64,000 bases of DNA. Origin: a bacterium (GTDB lineage Bacteria > Hinthialibacterota > Hinthialibacteria > OLB16). Position 1 is the stretch's first letter. Each line of letters starts with the position of its first letter. Under the pieces are notes generated by a model that saw only the letters and a list, made by a program, of their open reading frames with translations, was not told the origin of the DNA and made no database searches. Below, one piece after another: positions 9,757 to 17,299 of the stretch. The DNA is taken from contig JAJVIK010000008.1 of assembly GCA_022072055.1 (NCBI GenBank), positions 141,980 to 205,979 of the forward strand, read 5' to 3'. The position numbers and the translations under genes were made by a program.

Positions 9757-11973
9757 CTACGCAAAATCCAGAACCTCGTAAACCTTGACCGGCTTCTCCT
9801 TGCCCTTCACCTTGATCGGTTCCCGTTCCTTGAATTTGAACCGATCCTTGACATGTTCATAGGTGGTTTCGCTGATCAAAACCCCATCCACCGGGGCGTT
9901 GGACTCCAGCCGGGAGGCGAGGTTCACGCTGTCCCCGATGATGGAGTAATCGGTCCGCCCGCTGTCCCCCATGTTCCCCGCCACCACGACACCGGTGTTG
10001 ACCCCGATCCGCATCCGAATCGGCGGACGTCCCTGCTTTTCCCAAGTTTCGCGGAGCTCGGCCAGCTTGCGCTGCATCTTAAGCGCCGCAGTGACCGCCT
10101 GGACCGGGTGTTCGGGCATCGGCTGGGGATGCCCGAAATACGCCATGATGGCGTCGCCGATCAGCTTGTCGAGCGTCCCCTTCTCCTCGTCGATGATGAT
10201 CCGGAACATCGGGCCGAAATACTCGTTGAGGGTGGCGATGACCTCGCGCGCCTGCATCTTCTCCGACATGCTGGTGAATCCCGAAAGGTCCGAGAACAGG
10301 ATCGAAACCTCGGTTTCCTGTCCGCCGAGCTCCAGCGCCGAGCGGTTCGAGAGGAGGTACCGCCGAACCTCGGGGGTCACATACCGTCCGAAAATGTTCG
10401 AGACCCGCATGTATTGCGAGACGGTCACCACGGCGTAAGCCACGATCTCCGCGAGGGAGACATGGAAGAAGTCCACCACGATCCCGGCCTTGGAGAAGAG
10501 GAAATACGAGGAAAAGCCGTGCGCCACTGCCAGAAAGACGGTCGCGAAGGCGTGGTTCACCGGCGCGAAAAACTGTCCGAGGATGCCGACCAGCATGGTG
10601 CCGCCGATGATCCAGATGGCGTTCAACCAGCGCGGCGCCATCATCAGGAAGTCCCGCTGCAGAATCGAACGGATCACTTCCCCGATGTGGCCGACCATCG
10701 GATAGCGCGAGGCGATGGGAACCGCGCGAAGGTCGTGGGTTCCCTCCGCGGAGGATCCGATGATCACAATCTTGCCGTCCAGGGCGCGGGGATCGATGAA
10801 ACTCGTGTCGAATTCGGAAACCTGACCTTGCTTAAGGAGATTGAGCTGATCGAAACCGTCAATCAACTTCCAGTAGTTGACATGCTGAAACGGCTTGCCG
10901 ATGGCGGATCCGGCCTTGGCTTCCGCGCCCCAGGGGAAACGGAAGTTGACCACCATCCGCTTCCTTTCATCGGAGGGGATGTAAATCTCTTCCCCATCCG
11001 GCAGGGGAACGACCGCGTAGTCCTCGATGAAATAGATTTTGGCGGGATCGGCCTTGAGCAGGTGGAGCACAACCTGAAAGGGGAGTGAGGGGTAGAGCAC
11101 ATCATTGTATTCGAAGAAGAGCGGGGCGTAGCGGGTGATTCCATCGGCCTCGGGGTCCATCGTGGTGGCGCCCGCTCCGGCGGCGGGTTGGAGCAGGGAG
11201 GCCGCCAGCCCCATGAATTCGAGATCTTCATAGCCGGCCCCTTCTTCCGGGTCCACCGTGGACATCCACCATTCGGAGTCCCAGGGGATTCCCACCTCCA
11301 GGGCGTGGTAAACCGGGTCATGGACCTCAGGTTGATAGGGAATCCCGAAACGACTGAAGCTCGCGGGTGGGGGCTGCCAGGTCCGTTTTTCTCGATCGGA
11401 GGCTGAGACCTTGGCGCGCGCGTACTCCTCGACCGTGAATTTGACAGGGGACTGTGGCAGGAACAGCGCCGCCAGGAAGGTGGGGATGTCGGAGGTTTTC
11501 TCCATCCACTCCTGGAAAATCTGGTCGTTGGTCGGGGTGGCGGCTTGCTCCTCGGGCGAGGCGGACTCCACCAGGCGGAAACCCATGAAGCTGTCCTCGA
11601 ACGAGGCGTTGTCCGGAAGGTCGAACACAATATCGTAGACAATCGCGGCGGGCCGAATTCCGTGGGCATGCAGCGCCGCGTGCAGAAGGGCCCACTGACC
11701 CCGCGGCCAGGGCCAGCGTCGCGGGGTGTGGGTGTTCGGTTCGGTGTTGCTTTCCAGGGCGGAATCGTTGATGTCGATGAAGAGGATGTTGTCGGAGGGT
11801 TCGGTCCAAGGCTCAAATCGATTACGGAGATTAAAGCGGGCGTTGATGCTGCTGCCCTCGGGACCCGAATAGCCCCCAAACAGGACCCATCCGGCGAAGA
11901 GGACGCCGATCATGCCGGCCATCAGCACCGGGCCGATGTTGGCGACCCACTCCGGTAGCCTCAGGCGCTCCAT
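9757..11973 (-). CDS. CHASE2 sensor domain-containing class III adenylate/guanylate cyclase
   Basis: 738 aa. N-terminal TM plus CHASE2-like periplasmic region, then TM helices. C-terminal cyclase catalytic domain (VSILFSDLSGFTSMSE...LIGDAIMAYFG...RIGVNTGVVVAGNMG...YSIIGDSVNLASRLE). Confidence 0.88.
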   Translation of the reverse strand: MERLRLPEWVANIGPVLMAGMIGVLFAGWVLFGGYSGPEGSSINARFNLRNRFEPWTEPSDNILFIDINDSALESNTEPNTHTPRRWPWPRGQWALLHAALHAHGIRPAAIVYDIVFDLPDNASFEDSFMGFRLVESASPEEQAATPTNDQIFQEWMEKTSDIPTFLAALFLPQSPVKFTVEEYARAKVSASDREKRTWQPPPASFSRFGIPYQPEVHDPVYHALEVGIPWDSEWWMSTVDPEEGAGYEDLEFMGLAASLLQPAAGAGATTMDPEADGITRYAPLFFEYNDVLYPSLPFQVVLHLLKADPAKIYFIEDYAVVPLPDGEEIYIPSDERKRMVVNFRFPWGAEAKAGSAIGKPFQHVNYWKLIDGFDQLNLLKQGQVSEFDTSFIDPRALDGKIVIIGSSAEGTHDLRAVPIASRYPMVGHIGEVIRSILQRDFLMMAPRWLNAIWIIGGTMLVGILGQFFAPVNHAFATVFLAVAHGFSSYFLFSKAGIVVDFFHVSLAEIVAYAVVTVSQYMRVSNIFGRYVTPEVRRYLLSNRSALELGGQETEVSILFSDLSGFTSMSEKMQAREVIATLNEYFGPMFRIIIDEEKGTLDKLIGDAIMAYFGHPQPMPEHPVQAVTAALKMQRKLAELRETWEKQGRPPIRMRIGVNTGVVVAGNMGDSGRTDYSIIGDSVNLASRLESNAPVDGVLISETTYEHVKDRFKFKEREPIKVKGKEKPVKVYEVLDFA

Positions 11974-12000
11974 GGGGACCTCGCTCTGCTTGCGCGGGGA

Positions 12001-13479
12001 TTAGAACTCGCGGCGGACGTAGAACCCGTAACGGTCTTCCTGATAGCGGCTGGAATCGTCGCTGGAATCGTTGTCCACATAGGTGAAATCGATTCCGGTG
12101 GTCCAACACTCGTTGAACTCGCGCTCCAGTGCGAGGTAAAGCGTGATCCGCTCGTCGTCGCGGGGGTCGTTCTTGGCGGTCCTCAGGCCCAAGGTGGGAC
12201 GGTCATCCGCGAACGCCACTTGGTCGTCGTAGGACCGCCGCGCCCACTCGAACTCGGAGCGGAAAACAAGGCCCGGAAAACACTGTGGCAGGACATCGTG
12301 CCTGTATTGGACGGTGACCACGTTCTCCTGGTAATCGTAGTACTCGCCCGTCGAATCAAGGTCGCGGTAGCGGTAAAAGACATAGACCTGGTCGCGGTCG
12401 CTGGGTTTGAAATAAAGGCCCACTCGCGGCTCCCAAAGGTCGTAGTCGCGATAGGTTCCCGGCTGGCGCGCCCCGATGGGATCCAGCGCGGGGGACTCAT
12501 GGTCGCGGTCCCGCAAGGAAAGCCCGATGTCGAAGGTCACATTCGCGCAGATGTCATGGTAGTAGCGGGACCAGACATACTGTTCGGTCCAATCTTGGTA
12601 AGGGGTGATGGTGAGCGGGTCCCCGCCCAGGTTGGATTCATAATTGCGGGTCTTGTATTCGTAGCCCATGGAGAGGTATTTCCCCTCGCCGACCGTGTGA
12701 CGCACCTCCGTGCCGACTGTGTTCTGATCGTAATCCGGTCGAAGGAACTGGGCGTGGGTGTCCCGGTTTTCGGTCTCGAATCCGCCGTAGATCTCCCACT
12801 CAGTCTGGGGACTGAGCCGTCGAATCAGGGCGAACTCCAGATGGTTGAGCATGTTGTTCTCGCTGCCGTTGTCGGAGTAATACTCGCTGTAGAGATTGTA
12901 GCGGATGGCGGCCTTGAGAACCTCGGGCTGGATCGCGAACTCGTAATCGTAGTCGAGCTCGAAGCTGTTGACGAAATCATTTCGTTCGACCTCACGGATC
13001 GCGTCCACGTTGGTCCTGCCGGTGCGCCTCAGGTCGAAATCCACGCCGGGCGCCGAGAGATCGATGTTGGTGGAATAAGTCCCGCGATACTCCAGGTATC
13101 CGCCGCGACGCAGCCAGGACTCTTTCGGGGCGGCCTCTTCCCGCTTTTCCAGGTCCTCCATGAACTCCGACTCGGGGAGGTCCCCAAGCTCGGTCCCGTC
13201 CGCCCCGATGGCGCGCGGCAGGTTCTCCAGCGAGGAAAGGTCTTCAGGCGCGAAAAAATCGACGATCGGTTCGCCGGTTTGGTCCAAGGCTTGGGGAACT
13301 TGCTGGAAAGTGCGGTCGGATTCCGGACGGAAAAAGGGATCGGATTGAGCGCCGGAGGGTCGGCGACGCTGTTCCTCCGCCTCCAGCGGATCGGCAAACG
13401 CCACACAGGCGGCGCAGAGGATTCCCACGGCGGCGCACAGGCGCGCCCACCTAACGCTTTCGGCCAAGATCTTTATCAT
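12001..13479 (-). CDS. outer-membrane beta-barrel protein (putative porin-like, unknown family)
   Basis: Signal peptide MIKILAESVRWARLCAAVGILCAACVAFA. Alternating aromatic/polar beta-strand pattern rich in Y/R/D. C-terminal ...FYVRREF ending in Phe (OMP signature). The six-frame ORF extends to 13626 but the internal Met gives the signal peptide. Confidence 0.6.
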   Translation of the reverse strand: MIKILAESVRWARLCAAVGILCAACVAFADPLEAEEQRRRPSGAQSDPFFRPESDRTFQQVPQALDQTGEPIVDFFAPEDLSSLENLPRAIGADGTELGDLPESEFMEDLEKREEAAPKESWLRRGGYLEYRGTYSTNIDLSAPGVDFDLRRTGRTNVDAIREVERNDFVNSFELDYDYEFAIQPEVLKAAIRYNLYSEYYSDNGSENNMLNHLEFALIRRLSPQTEWEIYGGFETENRDTHAQFLRPDYDQNTVGTEVRHTVGEGKYLSMGYEYKTRNYESNLGGDPLTITPYQDWTEQYVWSRYYHDICANVTFDIGLSLRDRDHESPALDPIGARQPGTYRDYDLWEPRVGLYFKPSDRDQVYVFYRYRDLDSTGEYYDYQENVVTVQYRHDVLPQCFPGLVFRSEFEWARRSYDDQVAFADDRPTLGLRTAKNDPRDDERITLYLALEREFNECWTTGIDFTYVDNDSSDDSSRYQEDRYGFYVRREF

Positions 13480-13723
13480 GCTCCCCACATCCATGTGCTC
13501 GGGCGGAGCCTGCCCCTCAGGTCCCGCCTCAAGCGCGTTGTTTTCGCGAGAAAAGACGGGACCCTCCTCCCCCGGCGTTCTCACGGATCCCCCCGAATCC
13601 ATCCAATTATCGGCGCAGGCTAACACAAAAATGAGCCGGTGTTTAGGGTAAAATCAAAAATCGCCGGACCCCATTGCCCGGCGGCTCGGGGTATTCCAGA
13701 ATACGCTCATTGGAGGGCAAGTC

Positions 13724-13981
13724 ATGGTTACACTCCAAATCTCCCTTGCCGACACATTGTCCGAATGGGTGGCTGAGCAGGTCAGGCGTGGTCCTTTTGG
13801 GACCCCGGAAGAATACTTGGCATCCCTCCTTGCCCAGGATCGTCTTGAGAAAGCCCAAGATCACCTGGAGAATCTGCTCGAACAAGGGTTAGATAGTGGC
13901 GTATCCGAGATTGGCCCGACCGAGTGGGATGGTATTCGGACACAAATAGCAGATGAGTTTTCTGAACCTCACGGGACATGA
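13724..13981 (+). CDS. parD: type II antitoxin ParD (RHH/CopG, COG3609)
   Basis: 85 aa. MVTLQISLADTLSEWVAEQVRRGPFGTPEEYLASLLAQDRLEK matches ParD-family antitoxins. GGAGGG RBS 7 nt upstream. Stop overlaps the ParE start (ATGA). Confidence 0.8.
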   Translation: MVTLQISLADTLSEWVAEQVRRGPFGTPEEYLASLLAQDRLEKAQDHLENLLEQGLDSGVSEIGPTEWDGIRTQIADEFSEPHGT

Positions 13982-14310
13982 AGCGGAAGCTGGCGCGCAC
14001 CGTGGAGGCCCGAGAGGATGTCATTGATCAGGCTCGATACATCGCCCGGGACAGCCTGAACGCGGCCCTCCACTATCTGGACGAGGTTGAATCCGCTTAC
14101 CATCCGATACGGACCAACTCGGGAATCGGAAGCCCCCAGGATTGCAGGAGGCCGAGACTCGCTGGATTGCGAATGCTTCCCGTTCGTGGCTTCGAGAAGT
14201 CTCTCATCTTTTGCCGGGTGGAAGAGGACCGAGTTGTCATTGTCCGAGTCCTCCATTCGGCGCGAGATATTGAACGCCTTTTTGAGGTCCCCAAGGCCCC
14301 CCATGAATAA
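13978..14310 (+). CDS. parE: type II toxin ParE/RelE family (plasmid stabilisation system protein)
   Basis: 110 aa. ...[28 protein letters not shown] is a ParE C-terminal signature. 4-bp ATGA overlap with parD. Confidence 0.8.
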   Translation: MKRKLARTVEAREDVIDQARYIARDSLNAALHYLDEVESAYHPIRTNSGIGSPQDCRRPRLAGLRMLPVRGFEKSLIFCRVEEDRVVIVRVLHSARDIERLFEVPKAPHE

Positions 14311-14320
14311 GGAGCTCCTC

Positions 14321-15052
14321 ATGCCCGAAAGAATCCGCGTAACCGTCTGGAACGAGTTCCGTCACGAGAAATCCAACGAAAAGGTCCGCAAGCTCTACCC
14401 GAAAGGCATCCACCACACCCTCGCCGCCCACCTCAAGAAGCAAGCAGGGTTCACGGTCAAGACCGCCACCCTGGATGAACCGGAGCAGGGGCTGCCGGAT
14501 AAGCTCATCAACTCGACCGATGTGCTCCTGTGGTGGGGGCACCAGGCTCACGGCGAGGTGGCCGACAGCCTAGTGGATAAGCTCCAGTCGCGAGTCCTTG
14601 CAGGCATGGGCCTGATTGTCCTTCACTCCGGGCATCACTCGAAGGTCTTCCGCCGCCTGATGGGGACCACCTGCAACCTGCGCTGGCGCGAGGCGAACGA
14701 AAAGGAACGTATCTGGGTGGTGGAGCCCAGCCACCCCATTGCGCGCGGCTTGGGTGAGTATTTCGAAATTCCCCATGCTGAGATGTACGGTGAACGCTTT
14801 GACATCCCAACTCCGGACAAGGTGGTTTTCCTATCCTGGTTCGAGGGGGGCGAGGTGTTCCGGAGCGGATGCACCTGGCAGCGCGGGCACGGGAGGATAT
14901 TCTACTTTCGGCCCGGGCATGAAACCTATCCCATCTACCACCATCCGGATGTCCTTCAGGTTCTCACCAATGCGGTCCGCTGGGCCGCGCCGGAGCGGTA
15001 CTTTGAGCACTCGTGCCCGAACCCGGCGCCGTTGGAAGCGATTCGGGGGTGA
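14321..15052 (+). CDS. ThuA-like protein (trehalose utilisation; class I glutamine amidotransferase-like fold)
   Basis: Perfect AAGGAG RBS 6 nt before ATG at 14321. The six-frame ORF from 14087 overlaps parE, so the internal start is preferred. ThuA-like motifs ([47 protein letters not shown]). Confidence 0.78.
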   Translation: MPERIRVTVWNEFRHEKSNEKVRKLYPKGIHHTLAAHLKKQAGFTVKTATLDEPEQGLPDKLINSTDVLLWWGHQAHGEVADSLVDKLQSRVLAGMGLIVLHSGHHSKVFRRLMGTTCNLRWREANEKERIWVVEPSHPIARGLGEYFEIPHAEMYGERFDIPTPDKVVFLSWFEGGEVFRSGCTWQRGHGRIFYFRPGHETYPIYHHPDVLQVLTNAVRWAAPERYFEHSCPNPAPLEAIRG

Positions 15053-15191
15053 CATTCACTTCGTCGCTAGGCGCTTCCGGTGCACTCCTTCGGGCCGGTG
15101 CTGAGATACGGAACCAGCTTTCAATCCCCCGGCGGCGGGCGGTGTTAGGGTTGGACACACTCAAGTCATGGAGGCGGGGGAGGTATAGAAC

Positions 15192-16712
15192 ATGAGAAAA
15201 CGGCGAACACATCCGCTGGAACGGAACCCTCTCTTTGGCGAACTCCCATTGGAACTTTCAAGGAATCTTCGTTCGGTGAATCCATGGTGGGCGGGAGGGG
15301 AAATGCTACGTCCTCCCACTTTCCGCCGCTGGCCCTTCGGACGCTTGTATCGATTGTTCGTGAACGGGATGACACCCGCGGTCGCGTTGCGCGGCCCCAG
15401 GCGGGTCGGGAAAACGGTTTTGCTCCACCAGACCATTCAGACGTTGCTCGAAGATGGCGTACTTGGGAAACGAATCCTGTATGTGCCGTTCGACGAGTTG
15501 CCCACGCTGCGCGGCATCAAGGAGCCGGTCCTCGCCATTGCGAGATGGTTCGAGGAAACCATCCTCGGAGAGTCCTTCAATCGGGCCGCCAATGAAGGCC
15601 GCCCCGCCTGCCTCCTTTTCGACGAGGTTCAGAACCTGGACGCCTGGGCGCCGCAGATCAAGAATCTGGTCGACAACCACGGTGTGCGCGCGCTCATCAC
15701 CGGAAGTTCCTCCCTCCGCATCGAAGCGGGGCGGGACAGCCTGGCCGGACGTGTCACCACGCTGGAGATGGGGCCTCTGTTCCTTCGCGAAATTGCTGAG
15801 TTGCGATTTGGAGTTCACTCCGATTCACTTTGGGGAGACAACGGCCTGGACAAATTGGTGTCCGCCTCCTTTTGGCATGACGCCGTCCGTATTGGAGAAG
15901 AGCAACGGGATATCCGCCTCCAAAGCTTTCGAGCCTTTGCGGAACGGGGCGGTTATCCCATCGCCCAGGAAAAACATGAAACGCCCTGGCACGAGCTGGC
16001 GGATTATCTCAACGAGACGGTTATTCGCCGGGCGATTCAGCACGACCTCCGCATGGGACCGCGCGGACAGAAGCGTGACGAAAAACTGCTCGAGGAGGTT
16101 TTCCGTTTGTGCTGCCGTTACTCCGGACAAGTGGCCGGGCAGGCGGCGTTCGTGACGGAGATTCAACAGGCGCTTGCGGCTAATATCGGTTGGAACCGAA
16201 TCCTCAACTACCTCCGCTTTCTCGACGGCACCTTGCTGGTGCGCTTAGTTCAGCCGATCGAGCTGCGTCTCAAGCGCAGGAAGTCGCCCGCGAAAATCTG
16301 CCTTTCCGATCACACGCTCCGCGCCGCCTGGTTGCAGGAAGTCGTTCCACTGGATCCGGAGGGCCTAGCTGCGGCCCCGCATCTTTCGGATTTGGCGGGT
16401 CGCCTGGCCGAAAGCGCGTTGGGGTATTTCCTGGCCTCGATTCCGACGCTGGATGTCGCGCATTTCCCTGAACGCGGGGCCGAGCCGGAAGTGGATTACG
16501 TTGTGACGGTCGGTGTGCGGCGCATTCCCATCGAGGTCAAATACCGCAAGCGAATCGACCCGCTCGACGATACCCGTGGGCTGCGGGCGTTCATCGAGAA
16601 GCAGGTCTACAACGCGCCCTTCGGCCTACTGGTCACCCTCCAGGACAATGTGGAGATTCCCGACCCCCGGATCATTCCGATTTCGCTTTCGTCGTTCCTT
16701 TGGGTGAGATGA
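15192..16712 (+). CDS. AAA+ ATPase (AAA_14 N-terminal domain + DUF4143 C-terminal domain)
   Basis: 506 aa. Walker A GPRRVGKT. Walker B LLFDEVQ. C-terminal DUF4143-like region (EVDYVVTVGVRRIPIEVKYRK, restriction-endonuclease-like fold). GGAGG RBS upstream. Confidence 0.78.
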   Translation: MRKRRTHPLERNPLFGELPLELSRNLRSVNPWWAGGEMLRPPTFRRWPFGRLYRLFVNGMTPAVALRGPRRVGKTVLLHQTIQTLLEDGVLGKRILYVPFDELPTLRGIKEPVLAIARWFEETILGESFNRAANEGRPACLLFDEVQNLDAWAPQIKNLVDNHGVRALITGSSSLRIEAGRDSLAGRVTTLEMGPLFLREIAELRFGVHSDSLWGDNGLDKLVSASFWHDAVRIGEEQRDIRLQSFRAFAERGGYPIAQEKHETPWHELADYLNETVIRRAIQHDLRMGPRGQKRDEKLLEEVFRLCCRYSGQVAGQAAFVTEIQQALAANIGWNRILNYLRFLDGTLLVRLVQPIELRLKRRKSPAKICLSDHTLRAAWLQEVVPLDPEGLAAAPHLSDLAGRLAESALGYFLASIPTLDVAHFPERGAEPEVDYVVTVGVRRIPIEVKYRKRIDPLDDTRGLRAFIEKQVYNAPFGLLVTLQDNVEIPDPRIIPISLSSFLWVR

Positions 16713-16719
16713 GATAGTC

Positions 16720-17070
16720 ATGACCGACAAACCACGGCTGATTGAACGGGCTTTTCCCTTGAAACAAGCCTCGCTGGATTCGGTGCACGAGAAGAATGTG
16801 CGGCATGGGCATATTTCGACTTTGCATATCTGGCCCGCGCGGAGGCCGCTCGCTGCTTGCCGCGCCGCTTTGATCGCCACGCTGTTGCCCGATCCGGGGA
16901 CGCCGGAGGAGCGCCGGAAACTGTGCGAGAAGATCGGCGGCAACATTTCAGAAGACCCGCTGTTTGTCATGCCCTGGAACGGCGAATCGGGGGACTGGCA
17001 CTTGCAGTGCGGTTCACCCTCGATCGATTCCGGGACCACGACCATGACTCCCGATCATGACCTCGGATGA
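16720..17070 (+). pseudogene. truncated remnant of a DUF1156-domain DNA methylase gene (N-terminal ~80 aa conserved, then divergent and terminated)
   Basis: IERAFPLKQASLDSVHEKNVRHGHISTLHIWPARRPLAACRAALIATLLPDP matches the DUF1156 N-terminal domain found in ~900-1000 aa methylases. The ORF is only 116 aa and loses similarity after about residue 80. No downstream methylase domain is present before the converging gene at 17300. Confidence 0.5.
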
Positions 17071-17171
17071 GGAACTCCCATCGAGGATCGACGCGAAGGA
17101 TTTGCTCGAACTCCTCGAGAATTGGAGGTGAGGGTTCTTGTTTTATCGCGGATAACGCTACCGCGTAGCGC

Positions 17172-17265
17172 CTTGGAGGGACGCGCTCGGTCGTGGCTGG
17201 TCTAACGGGCCCGAGGGACGCGACGGAGCGCGTCCCTCCGACGCTACATTCGAGTGAAAAACGCT
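17172..17265. repeat. REP-like palindromic intergenic element, copy A (second copy at ~60665-60745)
   Basis: Inverted repeat GGAGGGACGCGCTC (17175-17188) / GAGCGCGTCCCTCC (17226-17239). Shares CTGGAGGGAC(A/G)CGCTC(T/G)GTCGTG and CCCTCC(G/A)ACGCTACA..CGAG with the copy near 60665. Lies in a convergent intergenic region. Confidence 0.5.
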
Positions 17266-17299
17266 CCAGCGGTTCTCATTCCAGCGATTGCGCCAGGGT

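Noticed and set aside
9673-11088. 471-aa plus-strand ORF antisense to the CHASE2 adenylate cyclase gene
   Set aside because: No domain signatures. The opposite strand encodes a convincing cyclase catalytic domain.
12220-13623. 467-aa plus-strand ORF antisense to the outer-membrane beta-barrel gene
   Set aside because: Val/Gly/Arg-rich artefact. The minus-strand frame has a signal peptide and a C-terminal Phe OMP signature.
15053-15191. Possible hairpin/operator between the ThuA-like and ATPase genes (repeated CCGGTGC)
   Set aside because: The two CCGGTGC copies are direct, not inverted. No convincing stem-loop or promoter consensus could be resolved by eye.
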